Assembly (NCBI GenBank): GCA_964016885.1
Contig: OZ024740.1
Span: 54,498,001-54,562,000, forward strand
DNA length: 64,000 nt
Reading direction: 5' to 3'
From: Eledone cirrhosa
Lineage: Eukaryota
Shown here piece by piece: positions 40,721-57,654 of the stretch (its first letter is position 1; the number at the start of each line of letters is the position of its first letter). The notes under the pieces are model-generated. The model made no database searches, was not told the DNA's origin, and saw only the letters and a list, made by a program, of their open reading frames with translations. Both the position numbers and the translations under genes were made by a program.

Positions 40721-41741
40721 TCATATAATATATATATATGTACAGTATATTTTTCTGTATGTGTTTGTGTGTGTGTGTATGTGTGTGTGTGTGTTTGTGT
40801 AAAAAGTAAAAGAATAAAAAGCAAACAACACACTACAAAAGCGAAACATATTACTTTGGCCCTTAAAGTATTAGGAAAAAGTCTAACATTTTTTAGAGAC
40901 TAGTTCTTCATTCACCTTACTGATGAAGGTCTAGTTATGGCCACCACTGCTGACGCTACAGGTTAGAGAAGCATGGGGCGGAGGTGCGATCGAACAACTT
41001 AGGTTTTCGATCTCTTTTCTACACATTCTACATGACAGTCCACACTCTGCAATCGTAGTCATAACTAATCTTTGAAATCCGAAGTAGCGCAATACATATT
41101 ACGTGTATGAGTATTAATAAGTAATAAATCGGATCTGTTGCTCTAGATGCAGCACTTATTTCTCATACCTTTCCACAGATATATGTGGTGCGCACACAGA
41201 GGCGCACGCTGACACGCACTCACACGCGCTCACGTCTCCACAGATAGGCATACACATATGATATATATATGTATATAAGAGTATACACACACACATACGC
41301 ACACACACGCACACACACACACACATATATATGTACATAAATTCTGGTTAATTTAATAGGCTTTTGTAGATTCAATTCTTCGTGCTATTCGAAAGTAAAT
41401 TGTAATATATTATTTACCATAACTATAAAGTGGTTATTTTCATATGTAAATCTCTTAAACTAGAATAATCTGAACGAAATAAAGAATTATTTACAAAATT
41501 TGATATCTAAAACTTCTACAAAAATTACTTCTAATAGGATCTTGCCTTGTAGCATATACAAATATATCAAAACATATTATGAAATATTAAATTACGGTAA
41601 ACATTCACGACTATTCTCTCGAATTAAAAAATATATTTCAACACGTTGTGTGATTATAATCTACATATTTTCTCAACGCATAAATATTTGTAGGTCTCTA
41701 AATACCGTTTATCCACCCCATATATATCCATATATCCATAT

Positions 41742-41874
<133 letters not shown>

Positions 41875-41888
41875 CACGTATATATATA

Positions 41889-42063
<175 letters not shown>

Positions 42064-42064
42064 C

Positions 42065-42128
<64 letters not shown>

Positions 42129-42193
42129 CGTGTATATATATATACGTGTATATATATACGTGTGTATATATATATACACGTATGTATATATAT

Positions 42194-42230
<37 letters not shown>

Positions 42231-42754
42231 TATATATATATATAAATATATATATGGTTGTATGCTGGCATATTTTCAGTCAGACCCTGAGCTCGACTGT
42301 TAAAATTTCATCTAGTAAAAGCTATTGCATGCCCGTGTCGTCTTCAAATCAAGTGTAAACTTATATAAAACACATCTGAAGTTGAAGACACTGATGCAAT
42401 TGAATGGCTATCTAAGAGTGTATATATCTGCTTGCACATATACATACATGCTGATTTTCATTCACTTACTTGAAATTTTAAAATATTTTTTACTAACTTA
42501 ACGGCTTCAAACATGCTGTTGTGTCGTCACACAAGCGTCTGACACAATGTAATATGTTCTCTTCTTGCTTTTTGAAACCCAGTCTCTTTCTAAGCAATTC
42601 ATGGAACCATATTAAGTCTGGTGATCCTTGCGAAAGTAATGTTTCTTACACGGAGACCCGTCGTATATATCGTGATAAATGTGTGTATGTATCACTGTGT
42701 TCTTATTTCAGTTGTCGATTGTGAATATGTATATATACATACACATACACATTC

Positions 42755-43460
42755 AAATGCACTCTGGTCCTTCACTGCGTGGATACTTGTTTAAAAAGCA
42801 ATCGAAAGACAACAACAATCATTGCTCGCTGACTAACTGCCTTATTAGCGATAGAGGACACGTGGTATACCGGATTAAATGTATCAAATGTAAGGAGTTC
42901 TACATTGGTAGCAAGACTCGAGCACTCCACTCTTGTATTACAGAATGCCTCAAGACAGATGCATCCTCATTCAAAAAACACATTGACAAATGTAGAAACA
43001 TGAACCAACATATTACCGTTGCTAATGAAGCTAGTGATAGAATGTGGGTAACTTAGGAATTAAGGAAGACTTGCTCATACGTAGACTCAAACCGCAAATA
43101 ATAGATTGGAACTCAGCACACAATACTTATAAAAATACACACCTACAGGCACACAAACTAAACATCTCATACAAAAAAGAAAACTGATTTCGCGGAATAT
43201 TACATTGGTAATTGACGTCATTCTCGTGAATATTGAAATAAACATTAAAAAAAATTGAAAACCTCTTAGAAAAATTTAAATCAAAATTTAATCCCAAAGA
43301 GAGGCAGCTGGAACATCATCCACTGAAAGTTCCTTAAACCCCGAAGAAGGCACTTTTAGGTCCCGAAATATTGGACAGAAAAAAGAACAAAGATGACCAG
43401 GTAATTTACATTTTCGTTACCTCATCTTACAGTCCATTTTGCATTGTTTAGCCTATCTAT
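42755..43460 (+). pseudogene. 5'-truncated PLE GIY-YIG fragment with HHR-like 3' end
   Basis: VVYRIKCIKCKEFYIGSKTRALH...ASSFKKHIDKC is homologous to the ORF at 53754. An HHR-like CCGAAGA agg...ccc GAAA ta TT gg lies at about 43339-43374. Confidence 0.75.
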
Positions 43461-43504
43461 TTGAACGTTACATATTATATGCAATGCTTCAAGCAAACTA
43501 CACC

Positions 43505-43550
<46 letters not shown>

Positions 43551-43590
43551 AGTAAGTATATTTTGAAACAGTGAGCGAGTTTGAAATTAG

Positions 43591-43684
<94 letters not shown>

Positions 43685-43955
43685 TATTCATTTATTTATT
43701 CATATATATATATGCACATATACATACATATATACAAACATAAATTGATGTGCTTATGCATGTGCGTGAGTATCCCGTTATAAATGAGTGTTTTGTTTCA
43801 GTTAACTCACTAATAGGTATAATGCATTATAATTACTGATATAAGATTTATATATACAAATATATGGAAATATGCATGCAAAAACGCATACACCTATATA
43901 AACACATGTATTCCGCCATATATATACATCTATGTATATACATACATACAACCAT

Positions 43956-44043
<88 letters not shown>

Positions 44044-44602
44044 TGAATGTGTGTATGTATGTATTTATGTATGTACGTATCTGTATATGTATATGTATAT
44101 ACATATATATATATATATATATGTAATATTAATGTATGGGTGTAATATTGATATATGTTTATATGTCTGGAGATACATAAGCACTCAATACACACAGACG
44201 AATTTGTTTATTTGAAAATAAATTCTCCGAAGTGCATACATATGTATGTGTGTATATGTGAGTTTGAGTGTATTAGCGTAGATTTTAATATTTCTATGAT
44301 ACTTTTCGTTACAGTTCCATACATTTTTCTATATAAGCGTGGTATATTGTAATAATTAATGGAGAATAACCTCATTGCCAGCATAGTAAAACGTTGAAAA
44401 AATAGCAAACTTTTTTTAGTCTTTAACAATATTCATCTTTGAAAAAAGAACTATCTACACCATTTTTTTTATTATATTAATGCAAGTCAGTTAGAATGTA
44501 CTTAGTGATCTATCTACCTTTCGAGTTTTTATCTGCATAGATAATTTGTTAAATTTCCCATATTTATATTTGTTTATAGTATTTGCACTAACATATCTCA
44601 GA

Positions 44603-44955
<353 letters not shown>

Positions 44956-45150
44956 GTGAAGGCGTGTGGCTGAGTGGTTAGAGAATTGGATTCACAATCA
45001 TAAGGTTGTGAGTTCGATTCCTGGACCAGGCGATGCGTTATGTCCTTGGGCAAGACACTTTATTTCACGTTGCTCCTTCTACCTGGAATTGCGACCGATA
45101 GATAGTATTAGCATTGTTCCCTCGGTCCGATTTGACGAAAGTCGATCGAC
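44956..45150 (+). mobile_element. tRNA-derived SINE with a CORE-like central domain
   Basis: A-box tggctgagtggttag, B-box gagttcgattcc, then tgtccttgggcaagacactt resembling the CORE/V central domain. Confidence 0.75.
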
Positions 45151-45176
45151 TCCTATATATATATATATATATGTAC

Positions 45177-45207
<31 letters not shown>

Positions 45208-46010
45208 CATATATATAATTTGAAGTAAACCTAGAAGTTAAACATTTATATTATATAAAGTGTCGTATTCATGCTTATTTTTATATTTTAACATATTTTC
45301 TTTGGGAAAGATGCGATTATAACTTGAGGCTTAAAGTTGAGTGCTTACTGGTCTTTTCATTGGCATTGAAAAATAAAGCTAGTTTTCAAAATGTACAAAA
45401 TATCATTGGTGCAAGCTCAGAAAACTTTATTTTAAGATAGACATTTGCCAGCGTAGATTCCTCATTATTTTCTCTGTAGCTTATATATAACATTTACATT
45501 GCCTTTCCTAATTTATTCAAGAAATATAACCAGAAATTTATCTTCAATTCAGTTCTACCTCAATTCTTACTTTATATTACTTTCTGTATATATCCAAAGG
45601 TAATCATTGGATTTAAAGGAATAAAAACTATTTGAATATTGTTTCTGTTTGAACTTATTTTAACATCAAATAAATTTACACAATTTGTTTCATACATTAA
45701 AATTCCATGTTGCAAATTGAATGTACTTATTTTCAAACTGAAATCGTTTAGATCCCAAGTCAGAAATATTAAATATTTAAACATATTTCAGATTTGCGCT
45801 GACAATGAATGATTTCCTTATGCTTGTATATTTAATGTCTTTACTAAGTTGACATGGATATTAGAATTAGCGACAAGATAATTTTACAATGTAGATTGAG
45901 ACACAATTATGGTACATACATAAGTGTGTATATATTATATAGAGAGATGGAGGGAGATCTCTCTATCCCTTCTCTCGCCTCTATCGCTTTCTATTTCACT
46001 CTCTTTCCCA

Positions 46011-46130
<120 letters not shown>

Positions 46131-46230
46131 AAGTTTTGCTCTACATGGCTGAATACGATAAATGTAATCTGAGTTTTTCAAATATTATTAATAACGTTCG
46201 ATTCGTTTGGCATTTTGGCAGGTGAACAGT

Positions 46231-46280
46231 GAGCTGTACTGATGAAGGGTGATAGCCAGAAACATTAGTGTCTGCAATTC
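46231..46280 (+). ncRNA. Type I HHR
   Basis: gagctgta CTGATGA agggtgatagcca GAAA cattagtg TC tgcaattc; stem II is partly mutated. Confidence 0.65.
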
Positions 46281-46667
46281 TGTTCGCATGCCAACACAAG
46301 AGCAAGAGTGAAGTGTTCATTCTACTGACATGGCTATACAATTGAGGCTCGTTTGCATAATTGCAAACGAATCGAATGTTATTGTTAATATTCGAAAACC
46401 TCAGATTACATTTATTGTATTCAGCCATGAAGAGCGAAATTTTCTTTTTTATTTGAATTTGGCAAAGCCGGCCATTTATCGCTCGTATACAGGAAACTGA
46501 CTGGTCGGTCTGCTGATATGCAAATCTCGCTTTCAGTGGATCTGGTAATATGCAGATCTGACGGATCAGCCAGTCTGCTAACATGCAAATTTTGCCCATC
46601 AATCACTGTGTAATTTTGAAAATAGCATATATTTTTACTAGCTCTGACAGTTTGGTAGGTGAATAGT

Positions 46668-46717
46668 GAGCTGTACTGATGAAGGGTAATACCCAGAAAC
46701 ATTAGTGTCTGCAGTTC
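46668..46717 (+). ncRNA. Type I HHR
   Basis: 8-bp stem I gagctgta/tgcagttc, CTGATGA, a-gggt-aat-accc-a, GAAA, stem III acat-ta-gtgt, GUC triplet. Confidence 0.8.
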
Positions 46718-46822
46718 TGTTCACATGCCAACACAAGAGCAAGAATGAAGTGTTCATTCTACTGACATGGCTATAAAATTGAGGCTTGTTTGCTTAATTG
46801 CAATCGAATCAAATGTCATTAT

Positions 46823-47000
46823 GGCAGTATCGGTAGATGGTCGGACGCCATGCTTTGACGCATAGAGTTACGCCTCTTGCCATTCTGAGTTCAAATCCCG
46901 CCGAGGTTAAATTTGCCTTTCATCCTTACGGGGTCGATAAGATAAAGTATTAGTAATGCACTGGGTAATTGCTGGCCTTGTGCCGAAAGTAGACACAATT
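46823..47000 (+). mobile_element. tRNA-derived SINE, same family as 28901
   Basis: Near-identical to 28903-29082. Confidence 0.85.
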
Positions 47001-47021
47001 ATTAATATTTGAAAAACTCAG

Positions 47022-47072
<51 letters not shown>

Positions 47073-47074
47073 TG

Positions 47075-48250
47075 CTGTCCTCCAAGATATCACAGCCTAG
47101 TCCAATCACTTTATGCGGATATGAAAGTTGTCGTTCAATTAAATGGACCTTTTGGGGAAGCGATTAACGCCCGCAGTGATGTGAAGTAGGGCTGTGTTCT
47201 TTCCCCACTAATTTTGACATCATTTCGCCCTCATGCAAATATGCAAATGCATTTTTAATTTCGAATAATGGTGTCTACCTATCCACCAGATCAGACAGGA
47301 AGGTGTTTAGTCTGTCAGGGCTGAAAGCAAAATTCACGATTCATCGGGTACTCCTTAGAGAAATGCAGTATGCAGACAACGCAGCATTGGCAGCGTACTC
47401 TGGGGAGGAAATGATCTACTTCATAAACGATATGTTTAGAGGCTACCAGGAATTCAGCCTGACTATTAGTCTGATGAAGACCAACAACTGGGCTATATAG
47501 TCAAGCACCCACTGTCATTCATATCAACAACAACGAGCTGTAGGTAGTCAACTAAGTTATCTACCTTGGCTACACGAACACGGGCAATCATTCCCTGGAA
47601 TCCGGGATCGATCAACAGGAGGGCTCGATGTGCAACCACAAAGAGGCGGTAGGAGACCAGGTAATTGACCATAAGCACCAAGATTGTTGTTTACAAGGCG
47701 TGCGTCTTCAGCACTCTATTTTACCGCAATGAGACATCGAGTCTTAACTTCAGACTGGTTGGTGTCGCAAGCCCTTCCACCGGCAAACCCTAAGTCGCTT
47801 GCTGGATGTTAAATGGACCGACCCAGTCAACGGAACTTAAATCAACTACTGCGCCAAGATACCCGGTATATTCGCCCTACACGAACAGCGCGATATGCAC
47901 TGGCTAGGTCACTCACATCATATATTGGACGGGCGGATCCCAAAATACCTACTGTCTGATGAATTGGCCACCGGCTCGAGAGCACAAAGCACGAAGACGA
48001 CCGCATCTTCGTTTTAAAGACGTCTGGAACAGCGATATGAATACTATATATCTGGACTCTTTGAGATGGAAAGAGGTCGCACTTGATTGTTCACGCAAGA
48101 GACGAGATTTACTCATTTTCGAATACAATCACTTCCGTGTGAGTCTGTGCACCCATAGCAGACGCTGCACCACCCCCACTAGCTGAAACAAAAATTCTAA
48201 AGGCGTAGATTCATGTTTTCTCACGACCAACGGACATTAATAATAACAAT
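47075..48250 (+). pseudogene. RTE/BovB-like LINE 3' fragment
   Basis: VK*GCVLSP, GVYLSTRSDRKVFSLSGLKAK...LLREMQYADNAAL, FSLTISLMKT, WLGH...DGRIPK.LL and RRRPHLRFKDV, ending in a (TAA) tail. Confidence 0.85.
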
Positions 48251-48281
48251 ATATATATATATATATATGTGTGTCTGTGCA

Positions 48282-48348
<67 letters not shown>

Positions 48349-49672
48349 TCATTCTTTATGGCTAAGTAATGAGTCATTTACTGTAGAGTTTAAGCATCGC
48401 ATTCGCGGGAATATCAAACTAGAACAGTATATATGTATGTATTTTCTATATTTATGCATTAAGATTTCTCTCAACCTAATTAAAGAATTGCTCGCTCTCC
48501 CTTAACCTAACCCCGCAATGCCTCTTCCATCCTCTAATCTATTACTCAAAACCTGCCCCTCAAAGTATGCCCCCATCCCCACAACCACTATGAAATCTGC
48601 CGGTTAATATAGCAATGACTTACTACATCAACCGCTATTCCTGCTGATTTCATAGGAATGAAATAACTCTAGTCCTATCGAAGACATTTCTATATTAAGT
48701 TCTCATCATATATATATATATATATATAACTGTTAACTAAGGCAAAGAAACAACAACATCTCTACCTCCTTACTCTCCTGCAATTTCATGCATTAGGGTG
48801 GTATTGCATTAGTAATGAAAGTTTGAGTAGCAGACTGGAGTAGATATCTGTTGGTAAGATGCATGTGAGACGATAACAAAACAAGCCATGAACAGATACT
48901 AAATGGAAATTAGTACATAGAAATATTACGACTAGCAATAGAGGGTCAACGGACGTACCGTGCAAGATATGCAGCCATTTAACGCTGGAAAAATAGATAA
49001 GCTTAGACATTCGTCAAAGGAATGAAGTTCGGTATGAGGGTTTTGATAAGGAAACACTGGTACTTTCTATATTTGAGAGAGTTGGACTGAAGGAAAAGGA
49101 AGAGGATAGAAGAACGATAAAGAGAGAAACAAGGTAATACTGAAAGAGGTGGGAAACAGAAAGTAATATATATGGAGAGAGAGCGAGGGGGAGAGGAGAC
49201 AGGGGATAACAAAGACGTAATAGAGAGGAAGAAAGGGGTCATACAAATAGAAATGCAGTAGTGCATCGAGAAATAGCGGGCAGCGTTGTTTATATTTATA
49301 TAGTATTTGCAGAAAAGTTCACACATAAACAAGTAGATAAAACGAACAAGATACTTAAACTCTACCTCAACAGCTACATTGCCTGCAATTTTGCACATTG
49401 ACATGCAACACCAGTTTGTGCAACAAATTAGAAAACTATTCACTTTGCAAGATATATATAAGATCATAGCAAAAAAGAAATATATATATATATATTTATA
49501 TATATATACAGGAAAATTTAAGATAGTGAGAGATACAAATACAGAGTGGAAGCAAGGGAAATGGGGAATGTTCGCAGTAGAAAAAAGATAGAGTTTGCGA
49601 AATAACGTGTAACTTTATATATAAATACAATACCAGCTGAAATTGCACACAAAAAAGCAGTTACATAGGACA

Positions 49673-49766
<94 letters not shown>

Positions 49767-49777
49767 GTAGAACACTG

Positions 49778-50865
49778 GAAGGTAATATCCGTAGTAGTAG
49801 AGCACTCTCGGTTAGGTAGAAGTGGTTACACAACAGTTAGTTCACCATACCGAGAACAGTTGTTTCACTTTAGAGGATCTTCAGCTCCTAATGGACATAG
49901 TTATACGGAACAGGAAGGACAACCGTACGAACGCGCATGCGCAGAAACCCGTCACTTGACACAGGTAATACTAAAATGCGTGCGAGAGTTGTAAGGGAGA
50001 TCACTGCGAAGGTCCGAAAAGTTTTTAGTTGATAAGAAAATTATGATGTTGTTGTAATGATTCAATCGGGAGTTTTGTAGTTATGCAATAGGTGTTTCGA
50101 GACGTGTGGACAACGTGTGAAGAATTCATTTCCCGTGTTTAGGCAATCACTATTGCATAATCTCTTTAGAATATTTGTTCATTCATCAATACATAGTCCA
50201 CACGACGGATTTCCCCTTGCGTATGGCTTGGACTTAGTGATGGCTTTCCATTGAATGGAGTAGTCTATACCTGAGTCCTTGAGGGATCATACGTGGCTCG
50301 CGAGTTTCGTGGATGAAAGGTTACCTAAAGGTCGACTGGTGGTTCAGGTAACGTTCGTTAAATTGGCCCTCCGCCATGTCCACATATGATTTGACCTCCT
50401 GTGGTTGGTTTGGTCGGTTGGAAGTGACCACAGCTTCATAAATTACAGCGGATGTGTTGCATTGCTGTTGAAGGGGACAAGCTTCGGCTTACGACAAGAG
50501 CACCCTGGTGGGGGTGTTGCTCCTAGGGCTGCTGATGATGTGGGCCTTCATATTCTTAGCGCAGGAGTATTCTAGTTCTATTTTGTGTCAGTTAAAGATG
50601 GAACGGTATTTATGACCTATGTGAAAGTGTCTATCTAAGAGGGCTAGAAGTTTATCTCGCACGCATTTTAGTATTGCTTGTGTGAAGTGACCGGTTTCTG
50701 TGAATGCGCGTTCGTACGGTTGTCCTTCCTGTTCCCTATAACCATGTCCATTACGACCTGAAGATCCGCTAAGGTGAAACAATTGTTCTCGGTATGGTGA
50801 ACTAACTGTTGTGTAACCACTTCTACCTAACCGAGAGTGCTCTACTACTACGGATATTACCTTCC
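49778..50865 (-). mobile_element. 5'-truncated PLE (linker plus GIY-YIG) with an inverted duplication of about 210 bp
   Basis: Minus strand: LLDRHFHIGHKYRSIFN, YSCAKNMKAHII, CPLQQQCNTSAVIYEAVVT, KSYVDMAEGQFNERYLNHQSTF. 49778-49987 is inverted at 50655-50865. Confidence 0.8.
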
Positions 50866-51017
50866 GCATATACAAACACACACATACACACTCACACACA
50901 CATGCAGGTATATAAGTGCGTGTGTGTGTTTGTAAAACTTAAACAGAAATAACAACACAATCGGTAGAGAATATGGAGGGAACATATTCATTGAATGCTT
51001 GAAATAGCAGGAAGAGG

Positions 51018-51054
51018 GTCTTAACTTTTCGGACGTTAGTCCTTCATCAGAAGA
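51018..51054 (-). ncRNA. Minimal type I HHR (PLE type)
   Basis: tctt CTGATGA a ggac taac gtcc GAAA ag TT aaga; single-base-pair stem III. Confidence 0.65.
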
Positions 51055-51646
51055 AACAATGAGAAATTAGAAAGATTGAAGGGATGGGCAGGACGGAATA
51101 TATATATTTAAGTTGATTCCGCTATAAGAAAAGAATTTGAAAAGAAACTGGCCATTATATTTAATTCACCAAAGGTCGTATATTGAAATGGAACAAGCAG
51201 GAGGTCAATTAAACAAGCCCTTTCTAAAACACTAATTAAACACCACAACATCTTCCAACTCCACACTCAATCAATTAGATTCCTTTTACCATTCACTCTT
51301 TTCTTTCGGCTCTTCTGTGTATATATATGCTTTAATTCCTTTAAATCTTCATCAACACTCCTTCACTCCCACACTCATTAACAAACTCCACCCTATACGC
51401 AACCAAATCTCTTATATAGAGAGTCACACATCACAACACAACCTGAGATCAGTTAAACAAATCGCCACCGAAGGATGCTAGAAAGTTCTCCAGGAAAGTT
51501 AACCAGGAATCTTTAAAAAGTTTCCCCATTGAAGTAGGCAAAGAACTTACTAGATGTACAAAACCAAATTGTAAAATTATAATGTTATAAAATTAAATCG
51601 TTTAGAACTACAAGTGAAGTCATTCTTTTCATTTTTTCAAATATAT

Positions 51647-51678
<32 letters not shown>

Positions 51679-51707
51679 TATATATATAAATATATATATA
51701 AATATGT

Positions 51708-51892
51708 ATAGTTATGTAATAAACAAGATAAGGTAATTATTTCATTTACCAGTGGTTTCTTGAAAGCAAAAGAAATTTGCTGCCTAGACACCAGGATTTT
51801 TTCATTCTGATGACGGAAAGCAAATTTCTTTTGCTTTCAAGAAACCACTGGTAAATGAAATAATTATGTCATGTTGTTTATTACATAACTAT
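51708..51892. mobile_element. Fold-back mini-element within (TA)n
   Basis: 51708-51780 is the reverse complement of 51820-51892. Confidence 0.8.
51800..51860 (+). ncRNA. Type I HHR
   Basis: tttcatt CTGATGA cg gaaagcaaa tttct tttgctttc aa GAAA ccactgg TA aatgaaa. Confidence 0.75.
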
Positions 51893-51957
51893 TAAGCTCT
51901 GTAACCTACATGGAGCACTCTTTTCTCCTGGACTTTTCCGGCGGAAATACTTCATTT

Positions 51958-51993
<36 letters not shown>

Positions 51994-51994
51994 G

Positions 51995-52066
<72 letters not shown>

Positions 52067-52759
52067 TATACATATTTCAAGAATAAAAAAGAAAAACAAT
52101 TAGTTTAAAGCTTGGGAAGTAGTACAAGAGGGTTTCAACGTATCGGAAATTTATATATATTAGTTAAAATGCGTCTACGATGAAAATTTAAATTAGGTGT
52201 GATGAATTTTTGCTTTTGGAAATAAACTGAAAAACGGTTGACCCAACAAATACACTGTTCAGGGATGGTACTGTTTAAATGATGCTGACATAGTTGTGAA
52301 ACATAAGAAATATAATTCTAAGAGGAAAAGTGAAGATGTGTAGAATTGCAAAAAATTAAGAGATGTGCTTGCAAAACCATTACATAATATTTAAAAAGTA
52401 ATGTAAGATAAGCGAACAAAATATGAGAAACCTTAAATATTTTAATAGAAAAGTTAATATTAAGTACATATTAGGTTTTAAAAACTGAGAATCAGAAAAT
52501 CTAATGAAATTACGCATAAGAATGTTTAAAAACATATTTATTGTTTTATTTATCATGCATGTATATATGGATTGGGCTCGAATATGAAAGTAAAAGGTAT
52601 AGGGAACAAAAGGAAATTATTGGAAATATATACTTAGATAATTGTATACAGCCATATACATGTACATACAAATATCCGAGACTCCCAGCAGACAACTGAT
52701 GAGGAAACCCCCCCCCCCCGCTCTTGCTTTCTTCTTATTCTCACTCCATTTAAAGATTT

Positions 52760-54767
<2,008 letters not shown>

Positions 54768-55225
54768 TTCATGTGAACCCCGGTTTCAATAGAGGGTAAT
54801 CACAGTTAGTAAGGTACTCAATAAGTTAGTGGAGTGTAAACATCTCACATTTAATATACAAATGGCTTCTACAGGACTACAACAGTTTTTGTCGAAGGAG
54901 ATCACCAGGAAAGCCAACTGTAAATTTAATACGATGGTATTTACATGAGAGTTGGATTACTTGATGATTCCGTTTGAATGAAACTGTTCTCCTCTTCTCT
55001 AAGCCATTCCTATTTTAAATTCTGTGTATATATATATTGTTATACTTGGGGATGGTCATATTGTTGTAATAATATTGCCAGAAATAATAACAGAACACAC
55101 TCACTGTTTGTTTGGTTTTCGCTTCTGCATCTTTTATATCTCCATAGTTAATTCATTTGGACATCAATGTTTATCACTGACTGACCAACGTTAAAAAAAT
55201 ACAGGTATAAATACATATATATAGT

Positions 55226-55271
55226 CTAACAAAGTTCTTTCGTTGCACATCTGCAACATCATCAGTGGTAC
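55226..55271 (-). ncRNA. HHR-like motif (mutated copy at 32945-32987)
   Basis: tacca CTGATGA t gttgca gatg tgcaac GAAA gaac TT tgtta; stem II is strong and stem I imperfect. Confidence 0.5.
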
Positions 55272-55534
55272 TATTATCATGTTTCCCCTACTATATTGTA
55301 TGTATTGTAATGTCTACTGCATTTTTATTTTACCTATTTATTTATTTATTTATTTATTTTTGTCTCTGTCTCTGCGCATGCGTTTGCGTGTGTGTATAGT
55401 GTTTGGTGTGTGTTCACATTTGGGTGTATGTGTTTTTGTTATTGTATTCTATCTTAGTTTATAAGTGTGTGTGTATATGTGTTTGTTGTTATTGTGCTTG
55501 TGTATATATTTATTTATTTATATATATATATATG

Positions 55535-55619
<85 letters not shown>

Positions 55620-55623
<4 letters not shown>

Positions 55624-57160
55624 TAGAAAATTCCTCAAGGACTATTACAGCCTTAGCATCACGTTTGAAAACACTTCAAAAGTAGCTAATTTCCTTGACG
55701 TTACCTTAGACCTCTCTACGAATACTTATCAACCTTACCACAAACCCAACCAGAATCTACATTATGTACATTCACGATCGAACCACCCTGGCTCTATACT
55801 CAAGAACTTAGTATATAACATATCTCTTAGACTTTCTAAATTATCTTCCAATGAAGATATATTTTATAATAATGCACCCTTCTACAACGAGGCCTTAACT
55901 AGAAGTGGATATAAAGAAAATATTTCATATATCCCCAACACTACTATGGACCAAAATATAAAACATAGCAAAAACTATAAACACCAAAAAATACCATTGA
56001 AACAAATACCTAAAGGGGTTATTTCTATTATACCAAACATCCGAACACCACATCAACTATTACTACACGACTATGACCAATGTTATCAACCCACATATGA
56101 ATACCAAGCACTCAAAATCTCATAATCTACCCAATGATAACACCAAATACAACCACGATAATTTACCAAATTCCACAAATAAGAATACTAACCATAGGAA
56201 TTCTTCTAGAATACAACACAATAATATAAGTGGTAATAAGAACTTAACTAAAAACCGCAAAAGAAACATAACATGGTACAACGCACCCATCAACCTGCAA
56301 ACTATTGGACAAATCCCCCCAAAATTCTTTGAAATTCTACAAAAACATTTCCCACCAAATCACAGATACCACCAAATATTTAACAAATATACTGTTAAAT
56401 TCTCATACTCTACATCAAGAAATCTCCAGTAAAAAATAAGCAACTACAACATTTATAAACTTAAAAATAATATGACTACACCACCACAACATAATTAAAA
56501 TAGGACTGCACCTTTTAAAAAGGCAAATAATACAATTCTTCAACCTAGAAAACACAACCACCCAAATCACCAACACAAAAACAACAGAACACAAAATCAC
56601 AATACAACCCTAGCACCAAACCACCCACAAAGCAACCTTCATTCTCCTGCTATCATTAATTACAATAGGAATAGCTCAAGGATTAAAGAGAATAGTATAG
56701 GGACCCCAAACAGCCATCTTACGTGTGGCTGCAATTGCAGAAATAGAAGCATTTGCCCCTTAAATGGCAACTGTTTGATTAATAATGTAATATATAAATG
56801 CACTGTGTCTACTACAGACTCCAACAAAACATATATAGGATCTACATCAAACACATTTAAGAAAAGATTTTATGCACACTCTAGTAGTTTCAACAATACT
56901 AAACTAGCTAACACCATATCTTTAGCTGAAGCGGTGAATAATTATAAAAAGAAAAAAAATAGATTTCAAGTTATCATGGAACACCATTCTACAAAGAACT
57001 CCATATCTTGGAAACAGGAGGGAATGCAGATTTTTGTTCAGGGGAGATCTTGGAAATTACTAAATCGAAGGAGAATTTATTAAATAAAAGGCAGGAACTG
57101 ATCATAGTTTGTAATCACCGTATACGAAGAACATTTAAATACTATAAACCTAATTAAATA
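55620..57160 (+). mobile_element. 5'-truncated Penelope-like element (RT thumb + GIY-YIG), frameshifted
   Basis: ANFLDVTLDL..YQPYHKPN..SNHP, RKRNITWYNAP, CNCRNRSICPLNGNCLINNVIYKC and TYIGSTSNTFKKRFYAH. Confidence 0.9.
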
Positions 57161-57576
57161 TTCTAAATAGCAACTCACTATAATTCTATATAGAGTAACA
57201 TTTATTACTACCCCTTTCCCCTAATTATATGCATTCATGCTTATTTTTTACCTTTCAATGTTTTAGCTTCCTTAGGTTTATGCGTTAATGACTAAAGGCA
57301 ACAAGGTACAGAGCCACCCATGAGTAAATGCATGAGTAAATATATATCTAGATATAATATGGAAAAATATTTGTGTGTGTATATTATATATTTATGTATG
57401 TGTATATATGTGTATATATATATGTATATGTATGTGTGTGTGTGTGTGTGTATGTGTGTATATATATATATGTGTGTTGTGTGTGTGTCTATATGTGAGT
57501 ATATGTGTATGAGTGTTTATATATGTGTATACATTTATGAGGAGTGTACATACACACATATATATATTTGTATATA

Positions 57577-57654
<78 letters not shown>

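Noticed and set aside
44956-45030. tRNA gene
   Set aside because: A and B boxes are present, but the sequence runs into a SINE central domain and has no complete acceptor stem.
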